A stretch of DNA of 64,000 bases from Leptonemataceae bacterium. GTDB taxonomy: Bacteria > Spirochaetota > Leptospiria > Leptospirales > Leptonemataceae. The position numbers were made by a program, and so were the translations under genes. The stretch lies in assembly GCA_965227295.1 (NCBI GenBank), contig OZ245742.1:5312001-5376000 (forward strand), given 5' to 3'. The notes under the pieces are model-generated. The model was not told where the DNA came from. It ran no database searches and saw only the letters and a program-made list of their open reading frames with translations. Positions within the stretch are counted from its first letter, which is position 1. Each line of letters opens with the position of its first letter. Below, piece after piece: positions 32,072 to 41,839 of this stretch.

Positions 32072-33178
32072 TTACAACCAGCTCCGGTGTCTCAGCCAGA
32101 GCAGCATGCCCAGCCCCACCGCCCCCATTCCGCCCAGAAACACCGGGTAGGCGTAAGTCCAGGCGAGTTCAGGCATGTGCCGGAAGTTCATGCCGTAGAT
32201 GCCGACGGCGAACGTAAGCGGAATGAAGACCGATGACATGACCGTGAGGAACTTGATGATCTCGTTCAGGCGCAGGTTCTCCCGGGCGAAGTGCAGTTCG
32301 TAGAGGCCGGTAAGCTCATCGCGAAAGTGTTCGATGGTCTCCGTAATCTCCACGGAATGATCTTCGATGTTGCGCAGATAAATGACGTTGCGTCCGTCGA
32401 GAAAATCACTCAATTCCGGCGGAGGATCGCGAAACACGCCGATCAGCGTGCGCGTCATCTCACGCATGGGCCGCACGACCTTCCGCAACAACGCGATGCG
32501 TCGCTTCGCCTGGTGCAAAGCCGCCACGTTCAAAGCCCCGGCCTGCGCCGCCGCGGCCTCGATGTGATCTTCCAGAGCCTCCAGTTCCTTCTCGATGTTT
32601 TCCAGGCTGTCGAAGTAGCGATCGGTCAGATAATCCAGCAGCGCGCATACGAGATAGTCGGCGCCCTTCGTACGAATGCGCCCGTCCGCGTTGCGGATGC
32701 GATGAAAGATCGGCAGACATCCGGAGATCGGATCTTCGTCTTCATGGAAACTCAACACGAAGTTGCGCCCCAGGATCAAAGCCGCCTGACGTTCACTGCC
32801 TGGTTCGCCGGAGACAGGGGCGGCGACGAATACCGCCAGGTAATTGTCGAAGACTTCCACTTTAGGACGCGAGTACGACGTTAAGATGTCTTCGAGCGTC
32901 AGCGCGTGTATGCCGAAAACATCACCGAGCTTTTGCAACTGCTCTCCGTGCCTGGCTCCGCACACCTCGACCCAACGCACTCCGGCGCCGCCGTCCGCGA
33001 AGGGGCGCGCAGGATCGAAGCCCGGTTGAAAGAACATCGTAGCATCCTCTTCCACGCAACGCTCCGCGTTGTACACAACCGAACGCAACGAAAACGAACC
33101 GGCATCTTCATGGGCCACCAGCGATCCCGGATGCAATCCGGCACGTTTTCCGCGAGCGTGCAGTAGTTTGCGTTTCAT
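32072..33178 (-). CDS. corA: Magnesium/cobalt transporter CorA
   Basis: G..PG N-terminus, IHALTLEDI, RPKVE, GADYL, YGMNF..MPEL.W; ATGA overlap with mscS stop. Confidence 0.92.
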   Translation of the reverse strand: MKRKLLHARGKRAGLHPGSLVAHEDAGSFSLRSVVYNAERCVEEDATMFFQPGFDPARPFADGGAGVRWVEVCGARHGEQLQKLGDVFGIHALTLEDILTSYSRPKVEVFDNYLAVFVAAPVSGEPGSERQAALILGRNFVLSFHEDEDPISGCLPIFHRIRNADGRIRTKGADYLVCALLDYLTDRYFDSLENIEKELEALEDHIEAAAAQAGALNVAALHQAKRRIALLRKVVRPMREMTRTLIGVFRDPPPELSDFLDGRNVIYLRNIEDHSVEITETIEHFRDELTGLYELHFARENLRLNEIIKFLTVMSSVFIPLTFAVGIYGMNFRHMPELAWTYAYPVFLGGMGAVGLGMLLWLRHRSWL

Positions 33179-34089
33179 GCGGGACCCTCCCGGTGCAGAT
33201 CGTAAAAACGCGTGGTCGGGTACGCGAAGTCGATGTCGGAATGTTTCGCGAATTCTTCCAGGACCAGTTCCCAGATCTCTTCTTCCCGCACACGTCGGCG
33301 CCTGGGCTCGCACAAGAAACGCATGGTCAATAGCACGCCGGAATCTTCCACGGTGGTGTATACGATGGGCGTGAGCTTATTGTAAAAGATTAAGTACTTC
33401 TGCGAAGCTTCGCGGATTTTCGTCTGGGCGCTTTCGGACAACTGCACCGCCGTATCGGTAACGACGCGCGTGAGGATCTGCTTCGCTTTTTTCCAGTCAC
33501 TCTCGAACGTTACCAGCACGGGCACCTCACACCAGATGTACGCGAAGCCGCTGAAAAAGTTCGACAGCGGCGCGGTAAACACGAGGCCGTTCGGTACGTG
33601 AATGACCCGGCCGGTGCTCTGATCGGCGCGGACCCAGTTGCCGATTTCCAGCAACGTAAATTGAAAGATGCGTTGGTCGATGACGTCGCCGGCATACTCC
33701 CCGATCTCGATGCGATCCCCGATGGCGAACGGCCGGCGCCAGAGGATGAACAACCAGCCGGCCAGGTTCTTGATCACGTCGCTGAGCGCAATGGCCAGAC
33801 CCGCCGAGAGCAAGCCGAGGTAGGTCACAAGCGACTGAAAGCCGTGGAACCAGATGCGTCCGATCACCACCACCGCAAGGGTGAAAACCAAATAGCCCGA
33901 CAGTCGACTCCATTGATAACGCAAAGTCAGGTTGTCGGTGCGCCGCCCGATTACGCGCAGACTGAGGCGCCGGACGGCCCAGAAAACGATCAACAGCACC
34001 AGCGTCTGAATGGCGCGGCTTTGCGTTTCCGGATCCAGGCCCAGAAAACGATCGATCCAGGTGGAGACAATTTCGTAGAGTTCGTTCAT
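33175..34089 (-). CDS. Small-conductance mechanosensitive channel (MscS family)
   Basis: GLAIAL.D...N..G, RPFAIGDRIEI, VPNG, FAYPT. Confidence 0.92.
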   Translation of the reverse strand: MNELYEIVSTWIDRFLGLDPETQSRAIQTLVLLIVFWAVRRLSLRVIGRRTDNLTLRYQWSRLSGYLVFTLAVVVIGRIWFHGFQSLVTYLGLLSAGLAIALSDVIKNLAGWLFILWRRPFAIGDRIEIGEYAGDVIDQRIFQFTLLEIGNWVRADQSTGRVIHVPNGLVFTAPLSNFFSGFAYIWCEVPVLVTFESDWKKAKQILTRVVTDTAVQLSESAQTKIREASQKYLIFYNKLTPIVYTTVEDSGVLLTMRFLCEPRRRRVREEEIWELVLEEFAKHSDIDFAYPTTRFYDLHREGPA

Positions 34090-34108
34090 CTAATGTTAGT
34101 GAAACGAC

Positions 34109-35143
34109 TCAGTGTTCTCGCACCACGCGCTCCATCCACTCCCGCGCCTGGGTTTCGTTGGCCAGCATGCGCACGTAAGGTCGACGCATGGCGGCGCCGA
34201 AAACCACGCGGATATCGTCCGTGTGCGGATGAGGATGCAGTGGATCCACGAAGAATATGACCACGGAGCAGCGGTGATAGAGGATCTCGGTGGCGATCTC
34301 GATATCGCCGCCCTTCGGCCCGGAGTTGTACGGCTGCACCCGCTCCTTTAACATGGTCGTGGCGCCGAGGATTTCCCGGCCCGTGGTACCCGTGGTGAGA
34401 ATACGACCGAAGCGGGCCAGTTCAAACTCAAAGTCGACACAGAACTCCACCATGCGCGGCTTCATGCTGTCATGGGCGATCAACGCCACGGTGAGCGCGC
34501 CGAAATCGTCGTAGTCGACTTTTTGATACTCGGCCGGGAACACAAAGACGTTACCCGCGTGTTCGAGATGTCGGTCGGCCCGCACCTCGCGATTGTCGTT
34601 GAAACGAAAGAGCGGCGGCACCGGCTGCAACCGGCGACGCACATCGCGGTCGGCCTCCCGGGCGAACCACTCTTCCACCGAACCGTAGTTCATGAGCCGC
34701 TTCGCCCGCCACACATCGGACAGGCGCATCAACGCGAGCAAGTCCGGATTCAACCAGTGATTGGTCATGGGATTCAAAAAGGTCCAGAGGATGGAGCAAC
34801 GCTTGCGCACCACGAAGTACGAGAGCAGGATGACGCCGCCGTCCCGGTTGCGCGGCAACACCGTGGAACGCTCGATCAGGAAGTCGCGCACTTCATTGTC
34901 GAGGCGCAGGTGTTCGCCGGCCTCTTCCAGATCGCCGTATTCGCCGTACTCTTTGCCGAGGACGCAACGATCAAAGGTCCCGCGCGTAAACAGAAAATGA
35001 AAGCGACCTAAGAGATCGCGATCCCGGCGATACATCTCGGAAAAGATCGTGACCAGTTCGAGGTTTTTGCGCAGGGAATCGTGGCTCGCCAGCACTCCGA
35101 TGTACGTGCGATCATCTTTGCTATTTGAATGAGTCGAACTCAC
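34109..35143 (-). CDS. Methylglyoxal synthase-like protein with an additional degenerate N-terminal MGS domain
   Basis: C-terminal ALIAHD..K, TTGTTG, SGPKGGD, FFVDPLHPHPHTDD; GTG at 35143 overlaps antiporter stop (GTGA). Confidence 0.78.
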   Translation of the reverse strand: MSSTHSNSKDDRTYIGVLASHDSLRKNLELVTIFSEMYRRDRDLLGRFHFLFTRGTFDRCVLGKEYGEYGDLEEAGEHLRLDNEVRDFLIERSTVLPRNRDGGVILLSYFVVRKRCSILWTFLNPMTNHWLNPDLLALMRLSDVWRAKRLMNYGSVEEWFAREADRDVRRRLQPVPPLFRFNDNREVRADRHLEHAGNVFVFPAEYQKVDYDDFGALTVALIAHDSMKPRMVEFCVDFEFELARFGRILTTGTTGREILGATTMLKERVQPYNSGPKGGDIEIATEILYHRCSVVIFFVDPLHPHPHTDDIRVVFGAAMRRPYVRMLANETQAREWMERVVREH

Positions 35144-36129
35144 GGGCCTCCGGCGGCGACAGAAATGAGCCAGGCAACATAGAGCACGTATCCGCCGAGA
35201 AACAACGCGCCCTCCAGGCGGCTCACCCGACTGCCGGTGAAGAAAACCGGCACGCACAGCACGGCGGCCCCCAGGGCCACGGGAAAGTCCAGATGAATCG
35301 CCTGATCGGCCACCGGCACCGGGACAATCATCGCGGCACCGCCCAGAACGAACAAGAGATTAAAGAGATTGCTGCCGATCACATTGCCTACGGCGATGTC
35401 ACGCTCCCCCCGCGCCGCGGCCACCAACGACGCGGCCAGCTCAGGGAGCGACGTTCCCACCGCGACGATGGTGAGGCCGATCATAAGCTCACTGACTCCA
35501 AAGCCGCGGGCGAACCGCACCGCCCCGTCCACGAGCAGGTCCGCCCCAAAGACCAGGACACCGAGACCGGCGACAACAAACAGAATCTGCACGATGATGC
35601 CAACGATACTCGCGGGCTTCGCGTCACCGTCTGCGGGACCGTAGGCCTCCGCGAATTCCGCCTGTATCGCCGCCGACTCACGCCGGCTCTGCCGCACGGC
35701 GAACACCGTATACGCGACGGCGCCGCAAACAAAGATCAATCCTTCCACACGACCGATACTGCCCTGCCACGCGAAGAGGTACGCAAGGCCCGTAACGAAA
35801 ATCAACAGCGGCACCTCGATGCGCAGCAAACGCATTTGTACCGCGAGCGGAGTGACGCACGCCGACACCCCCAGAATCAACAACACGTTGGCAATATTAC
35901 TGCCGAGTACGTTGCCCACCGCGATATCCGCCTGACCGCCGAGGGCCGACTGCAGACTCACGGCCAGCTCCGGCGCACTCGTTCCGAAAGCCACGACGGT
36001 GAGACCGACGACGAGCGGTGATACCCCGGCCCCGACGGCGAGGGCCGACGCTCCCCGCACCAGAAGTTCCGCGCCGACCACAAGCAACACCAGGCCGGCG
36101 ACAATGCTGAACAATATCCAGAAGTCCAT
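35140..36129 (-). CDS. Ca2+/Na+ (cation:Ca2+) antiporter, YrbG family
   Basis: Alpha repeats GTSAPEL..GNVLGSNIAN and GTSLPEL..GNVIGSNLFN. Confidence 0.93.
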   Translation of the reverse strand: MDFWILFSIVAGLVLLVVGAELLVRGASALAVGAGVSPLVVGLTVVAFGTSAPELAVSLQSALGGQADIAVGNVLGSNIANVLLILGVSACVTPLAVQMRLLRIEVPLLIFVTGLAYLFAWQGSIGRVEGLIFVCGAVAYTVFAVRQSRRESAAIQAEFAEAYGPADGDAKPASIVGIIVQILFVVAGLGVLVFGADLLVDGAVRFARGFGVSELMIGLTIVAVGTSLPELAASLVAAARGERDIAVGNVIGSNLFNLLFVLGGAAMIVPVPVADQAIHLDFPVALGAAVLCVPVFFTGSRVSRLEGALFLGGYVLYVAWLISVAAGGP

Positions 36130-36235
36130 TCCGTCGCGCTATGTATGCCCGGCGGCCCGGTCAATCCAAATCGAGAAACGTCGTAAAAATCTAAACAACA
36201 TTGAAAGATCATCGGTTGTGCTCGACGCTGGCCGC

Positions 36236-37249
36236 ATGAGCCATCCGGATCAAGCTAATCCGTACAGCCCCACCGAACACGGTGGTCCGGAAACGCCTCA
36301 CAGTCCGGCGGACGATCTGCTGCAGGCAATTCGCGAGCGCGAGTACAGCGTCGACAACATCATCCGCGTGGCGGCGCGGCTCTATCGGCTGAACTTCGCG
36401 GACTTTGCCGGCGCCGCCGCCGTCCATCTGGCGGCCACGGCGGCCTTCGCCTTCGTTTATTTGCGCACAATCGTTCTCATGATCGAGGGTTTGCTCGATT
36501 CCTTGCAGGACGAGGCCGCCGGTACCGAAGCATTCTTCAATACGTTCCTCATGGACTTCTATTCGATGATTGTCGCCCTGGGCGGCCTGGCCATCCTGTC
36601 GACGCTTACGCAGTTCGTGGTCTATCTCTACACGGTCATCCGGGCCGGCGAGCGCCTGGACGGCATCGAACGTCCTCCGCTGGCCACCGTCGGCACGATG
36701 GCAACGCGTTTTGTTCCGTTCGCCTTCGTGATCTTTCTAACCTGGCTCGCGCTGATTTTACTGTTCGCCATTCCTCTGGCATTGATGGCCCTGGAGCACT
36801 ACCTGCCCGGCGTGTTTTTGCTGCTGGCGTTTTTCGTGTTGCTCCCGTACTTCATGGTCCACTTCGCGATGATCGCCCCGGTGGTCGGCATTGAAAGATC
36901 CTTCGGCCGTTCCCTCGTGCGTTGTTTCCAGCTCCTGCGCGGCCGATTCTGGAAATCCTTCGGCGTGTTCATGGTCATCCTGGCCCTGGCCTACGTCGGC
37001 TCCATGGTCACAACCTATCCCATCTTCCTCTCGCTGCCCGGGGAGATGGTCGATCGCCTGGAAGCAAACCCGGACCTCGATCCAACGACCTTCTTTCAGG
37101 AATTCTTTCACGGACCTACTTTCTATCTCATGCAGATTCCCGGACTGATCCTGGGAGTCGCCGCTTTCTCGTACACCGCGGTCGTAACAGCTGTGATGTA
37201 CGTAAACTACTCCCGCCCGGAGCCGGCCGCAACGGATCGCAAGAGTTAA
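36236..37249 (+). CDS. Hypothetical integral membrane protein
   Basis: NPY.P N-terminus, ~6 TM helices, R...L.RGRFWK motif; ATG at 36236. Confidence 0.7.
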   Translation: MSHPDQANPYSPTEHGGPETPHSPADDLLQAIREREYSVDNIIRVAARLYRLNFADFAGAAAVHLAATAAFAFVYLRTIVLMIEGLLDSLQDEAAGTEAFFNTFLMDFYSMIVALGGLAILSTLTQFVVYLYTVIRAGERLDGIERPPLATVGTMATRFVPFAFVIFLTWLALILLFAIPLALMALEHYLPGVFLLLAFFVLLPYFMVHFAMIAPVVGIERSFGRSLVRCFQLLRGRFWKSFGVFMVILALAYVGSMVTTYPIFLSLPGEMVDRLEANPDLDPTTFFQEFFHGPTFYLMQIPGLILGVAAFSYTAVVTAVMYVNYSRPEPAATDRKS

Positions 37250-37330
37250 CTGCCCCGAAGTTTGCGACAGGAACGCAGCGTAAAAAATTGTACTTGTACT
37301 CCCCGGCCCTGGTGTTAGTTTGCCGTTACC

Positions 37331-37993
37331 GTGGAATATCCGGAGATGCCTCCGATCGTCTGGAAGAACGATCGTTACCTGATCGGCCTGACCGGCGGCA
37401 TTGGTTCCGGGAAGTCCGCCGCGGGACGTGCCTTTGCCGACGCGGGCGCCGTCGTCGTGGATGCGGATCTGGTGGCCCGGGACGCGTTGCACTCCGCGGA
37501 GTTGCGACCGAAGTTGATCGATGCGTTCGGCGAAGGCATCCTCGGCGCGGACGGCGAGATCGAACGGCCGAAGCTCGCGAGCCTGGTCTTCGGCGACGAG
37601 GATCGTCGCCGCGCGTTGAACGCGCTGATCCATCCGCACGTGCGGACGGAGTTTCGGCGCCGGGTGGAAGCGCTACGAAGCGGCGATGTGCTCGTCTATG
37701 ACGTGCCGCTCCTGTTCGAAACCGGCGCCGAGCAGGACTTCGATCTTACGATCGTCGTGAGCGCGAACCGGAAGCTGCGCTACGAACGCGTGCGCGAACG
37801 CAACGGTTGGTCCCGGAAAGAATTCGAAGGACGCGAGCAGAGCCAGATGCCCCTTGCGGAAAAAGAAAAACGCGCCGATCTAATCATTAGCAACGAAGGT
37901 TCACCGGAAGACCTTCAAAACATCGTAACGGAAATTTTTGAACACATTCGGGCCGCCGGCCCGCAATCTTCGCAGCAGCAGGTCTCGTCGTGA
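37331..37993 (+). CDS. coaE: Dephospho-CoA kinase
   Basis: IGLTGGIGSGKS, DAD..AR, IHP.V, DVPLLFE, SQMP. Confidence 0.95.
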   Translation: MEYPEMPPIVWKNDRYLIGLTGGIGSGKSAAGRAFADAGAVVVDADLVARDALHSAELRPKLIDAFGEGILGADGEIERPKLASLVFGDEDRRRALNALIHPHVRTEFRRRVEALRSGDVLVYDVPLLFETGAEQDFDLTIVVSANRKLRYERVRERNGWSRKEFEGREQSQMPLAEKEKRADLIISNEGSPEDLQNIVTEIFEHIRAAGPQSSQQQVSS

Positions 37994-38817
37994 AACAAAG
38001 AGTCTTTTATGTCCTTCATCTGGATCGCGGGCGCATCTGGGTCCTCGCCACCCTGTTCGTGAGCACGTTGCTGTTCGCCTTCGCCACGGGTTTCCGTGTG
38101 GGGGCCGCCCGCAGTCCGGAAAGCACGGCCGTCCCCCAGGCCACCCTGGACCTGGGCGAGGACACAAGCCTGCGCGCGCTGGGAACAGAGGAAGAGCCGG
38201 GTGCGGACGGCACTCTGATGGATGATGAAAGCGATCTGACGGCCCACAACGACGGGGAGATCGACGATCCGGCCCCGGCCGGGTCCGTCGCCGAAGAAGA
38301 AGTCGCATCCCGCAAGGACAGCGAATCGAAGCCGGGCGAACGCCGGGCCGAGGAACAACGCCGCCTGGCCGCCCTGCGCGCCGCCGCCGAGGAGGCGGAA
38401 CGCAAGTCCCGCCAGGAACGTCAGACGGCCTCCAACGAGAAGAAGCCGGCCACGAATCCGCGCTCGGCCCTGCTGGATTCCAGCGGCAGCGTGAAAATGG
38501 CCAACGTCTCCAAAAGCCCGCGGACCTCCGAAACGGAATCCGCCCGGGACCGGGAACCCGGGAATACGCAGCGGGCCGAGGCCTCAAAAGAACGTCAGCG
38601 CAAGACCCACAGTCTGCAACTCGCGGCCTTCCGCTCGAAAAGCGCCGCCGATCGCATGATCGAAACCCTGAAAAAACAGGGCTTTCATCCATATATAGTC
38701 AAAAGCAAGAACATTTACCTGGTGCGGATTGGACGCAGCGACTCGGCGAAGGAACTCTGGGCCGTCGAGTCCAAACTCCGCGACAAAAAATATTCGCCCA
38801 TGCGAGTTTCTCATTAA
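37990..38817 (+). CDS. SPOR-domain cell-division/peptidoglycan-binding protein
   Basis: One TM helix, acidic/charged linker, LQLAAF...A......LK..GF...YLVRIG; GTGA overlap with coaE. Confidence 0.85.
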   Translation: MKQRVFYVLHLDRGRIWVLATLFVSTLLFAFATGFRVGAARSPESTAVPQATLDLGEDTSLRALGTEEEPGADGTLMDDESDLTAHNDGEIDDPAPAGSVAEEEVASRKDSESKPGERRAEEQRRLAALRAAAEEAERKSRQERQTASNEKKPATNPRSALLDSSGSVKMANVSKSPRTSETESARDREPGNTQRAEASKERQRKTHSLQLAAFRSKSAADRMIETLKKQGFHPYIVKSKNIYLVRIGRSDSAKELWAVESKLRDKKYSPMRVSH

Positions 38818-38905
38818 TTTGCACCGTCGAATATAGAAACGCCGCTGCACGAAATAGGCGGATTTTAACTTGTCAGCAAACGCCTGACCGTGGCGAGGTT
38901 ATTCC

Positions 38906-39556
38906 GTGACTCCGGAGGAGCAGAACGCCAAATCTCGCGTGGTCAGTACGACGATCGATCGTCTGGAGAAGACGTACGCCGATTTCATCGAGCAACCCGG
39001 CTACAGTGGGATTCCCAATTTCTTCCGCGAACACCTCTATTCGCCGCCGAATAAGGAAGCCCGGGACGCCGCCCTCGACCAACTCTACCAGAAGCTGAAG
39101 TCCGTCACCGGCAAGGAGATGACGGAGAACATCCATCAGCTCATCCTCCTGAACAAACTCACCGACGAACTCGACCTGGATACCGCGCGCATCCTTTTAA
39201 ACGGCAAGTGGAAGGGACGTTCCGCCGCGGACCTGGAAAACGCGGAGCTTACGATCGAGGAACTCAACGAGGCCGTGGCCGAGGCCGGGCGCTTCGAAGA
39301 GCGCGAACAGCAGATCATCATGGTCGGCGAATCGCTGCGTTTCTTTTTCACGCTCTCGAAGCTGCCGCTCATCCGTCTGGTGCTGGCACCGATCAAGGTG
39401 GCCGCGTCCATGGTGGGCGCCATGGATCTGGTGAGTACCATGGAAGCCGGCTACGAACTCTCCCGGGGCATCAAAGACATGAAGCCGTTTACCGACGCCT
39501 TCAATGAACGGGAAAAAGAGTTGTTGCATTCCCTCCGCTCCCTGGCAAAAAACTGA
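38906..39556 (+). CDS. Conserved hypothetical protein (FFLEELY-motif-like)
   Basis: RL..TYAD..FFREHLY.P...RD pattern; helical. Confidence 0.65.
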   Translation: MTPEEQNAKSRVVSTTIDRLEKTYADFIEQPGYSGIPNFFREHLYSPPNKEARDAALDQLYQKLKSVTGKEMTENIHQLILLNKLTDELDLDTARILLNGKWKGRSAADLENAELTIEELNEAVAEAGRFEEREQQIIMVGESLRFFFTLSKLPLIRLVLAPIKVAASMVGAMDLVSTMEAGYELSRGIKDMKPFTDAFNEREKELLHSLRSLAKN

Positions 39557-39565
39557 CATCATCCG

Positions 39566-41839
39566 ATGTCCGAAAACACCGCACGTAAAAAATCATCCGG
39601 CAAACGCACCGCGAAAGACAAACAGGTGCAGCTGTCGAAGAGCAATCACGAGCTTTTCTTCAACCGTGAGCTTTCCTGGCTGGAGTTCAACCGCCGCGTC
39701 CTCGAGGAGTCCGCGCGCCGGGACAACCCGCTCATGGAACGCATGAAGTTCCTTGCGATCTTCGAATCGAACATCGTCGAATTCTTCATGATCCGCGTCG
39801 CCGGGCTCAAGCAGGTCGTCGCCTCGTCCGTGACCGAAATCCAGTTGGACGGTCGCACGCCGCGTCAGGCCCTGGAAGAAATATCCCGCATCACCCACGG
39901 CATGGAGCAAACCGCGGCGCGCTACCAGCGCGAGGTTGCGAACAGTCTGGTCGGCCAGGGCGTGGAGCTGCTGTCCCGCTTCGAGGAACTGCACGCCCAC
40001 GAAAAAAAATACGCCCGGGAGTACTTCGACAAGGACCTCTTTCGTGTACTTACTCCCCTGGCCATCGATCCGGCGCACCCCTTTCCGCACATCGCCAACA
40101 ACCGCCTGAACCTGGCCGTGACGCTCCGCCGCAAACAGGGCAAAGATAAGTTCATTGAAAGTTACGCCGTCATCGAGGTCCCCCACGTACTGCCGCGTTT
40201 CGTGGAGTTGCCGCCGAAGCCCCGCTCCCGGGCAAAGGGGCGGCGCTTCATTCCATTGGAAGAAATCATCAAAATGCATGCGAACGAGCTGTTCCAGGGC
40301 ACCACGGTAAAGTCCTTCCACGGTTTCTCGATCTTGCGCAACAGCGACCTGTCCATCGACGAGGTGGCTTCGGACAACCTCTTAAGTACCATCGAGGATG
40401 AGTTAAAGAACCGCCGCTGGGGCGAGGCGGTCCGCCTCACCTATCGCACGGGCATGCCGGCGAACATCCTGGAGTTTCTTCAGGAAAAGCTGGACCTCGA
40501 GGATTTCGAACTCTACGAGCGGCCCACCATGCTGCACTTCGAAGATCTCATGCAGCTCTACGGCAAGCTGGAAGATCAGGACAACCTCTACGATCGCCCG
40601 TTCATTCCGCACAACGCGGTGGAGATGGATCATCCGCGGCGCATCTTTCGCATTTTGCGCCGGCGCGATCTTTTGCTGCATCATCCCTACGAATCTTTCC
40701 AGACCGTCACCGACTTTCTGGCCTGGGCCGCCCGGGATCCGAAGACCCTGGCCATCAAACAAACCCTGTATCGTACCGGTCGCGATTCACCCATCGTGGA
40801 GTCGCTCATCGAGGCCGCGGAGAACGGCAAACAGGTAACGGCCCTGGTGGAACTCAAGGCCCGCTTCGATGAAGAGCGCAACATTACCTGGGCGCGGGAA
40901 ATGGAAAAACACGGCATCCACGTGGTCTACGGCCTGGTGGGTCTTAAGATTCACGCGAAGATGTTACAGGTCATTCGCCGCGAAGAAGAAGGCGTGCGCG
41001 CCTATTGTCATCTTGGGACGGGCAACTACAATCCCGGCACGGCGCGACTCTACACGGACCTCGCGCTGTTCACCGCGGACCCGCAGATCAACAACGACGT
41101 CACGAATCTTTTTCACAGCCTCACCGGCTACGCCACGCTGCCGCGTTTCAACAAGATCGCGGCGGCGCCGATCACGTTGCGCGAAACCCTGGTGCGTCTC
41201 GTGAACAAAGAGATCAGCAACGCCGACGCCGGAAAACCGGCCCGCATTCGTTTGAAGATGAACTCCCTGGTGGACCCGGACATGATCCTCGCGTTATACA
41301 AGGCGTCCCGGGCCGGAGTGAAAATCGAGCTGAACGTGCGCGGCATCTGTTGCCTGCGTCCCGGCGTGCCCGGCGTGAGCGAGAACATCGTGGTGGACAG
41401 CGTGGTGGGTCGCTTCCTGGAACATACGCGCATCTTCTACTTTGAAAACGCGGGCACTCCGAAGGTCTATCTTTCCTCCGCGGACTGGATGCCCCGCAAC
41501 CTGAACCGTCGCGTCGAAGTCATGTTTCCGGTAGAAGCCGCGGAGCACGTGCAAACGATCACGGACATCATGGACGCGACCTTTCGGGACAATCACAATC
41601 GCCGGCGCCTTCAGCCCGACGGCACGTACGTGCGGGTAAAGCCCGGCTCGAACGAGGCGCGGTTTTCGTCCCAACGTTACTTCCGCGAACAGGCGGCCAA
41701 AGAGTTCGCCGAAAAAGAAAAGGCCCGCCAGGATCAACGCAAGACCGTCTTCCAGCCGCTTACGAATCCCGGCAAAGACGCCCCCGAATCTTCGCTGGTC
41801 AATCCGGTGACGGATCGCGACGACGTCGTCGAGCCTTGA
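39566..41839 (+). CDS. ppk1: Polyphosphate kinase 1
   Basis: FNRELSWLEFNRRVL, EFFMIRVAGL, HHPYESF, ELKARFDEE, KIHAK, GRFLEH, SADWMPRN. Confidence 0.97.
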   Translation: MSENTARKKSSGKRTAKDKQVQLSKSNHELFFNRELSWLEFNRRVLEESARRDNPLMERMKFLAIFESNIVEFFMIRVAGLKQVVASSVTEIQLDGRTPRQALEEISRITHGMEQTAARYQREVANSLVGQGVELLSRFEELHAHEKKYAREYFDKDLFRVLTPLAIDPAHPFPHIANNRLNLAVTLRRKQGKDKFIESYAVIEVPHVLPRFVELPPKPRSRAKGRRFIPLEEIIKMHANELFQGTTVKSFHGFSILRNSDLSIDEVASDNLLSTIEDELKNRRWGEAVRLTYRTGMPANILEFLQEKLDLEDFELYERPTMLHFEDLMQLYGKLEDQDNLYDRPFIPHNAVEMDHPRRIFRILRRRDLLLHHPYESFQTVTDFLAWAARDPKTLAIKQTLYRTGRDSPIVESLIEAAENGKQVTALVELKARFDEERNITWAREMEKHGIHVVYGLVGLKIHAKMLQVIRREEEGVRAYCHLGTGNYNPGTARLYTDLALFTADPQINNDVTNLFHSLTGYATLPRFNKIAAAPITLRETLVRLVNKEISNADAGKPARIRLKMNSLVDPDMILALYKASRAGVKIELNVRGICCLRPGVPGVSENIVVDSVVGRFLEHTRIFYFENAGTPKVYLSSADWMPRNLNRRVEVMFPVEAAEHVQTITDIMDATFRDNHNRRRLQPDGTYVRVKPGSNEARFSSQRYFREQAAKEFAEKEKARQDQRKTVFQPLTNPGKDAPESSLVNPVTDRDDVVEP

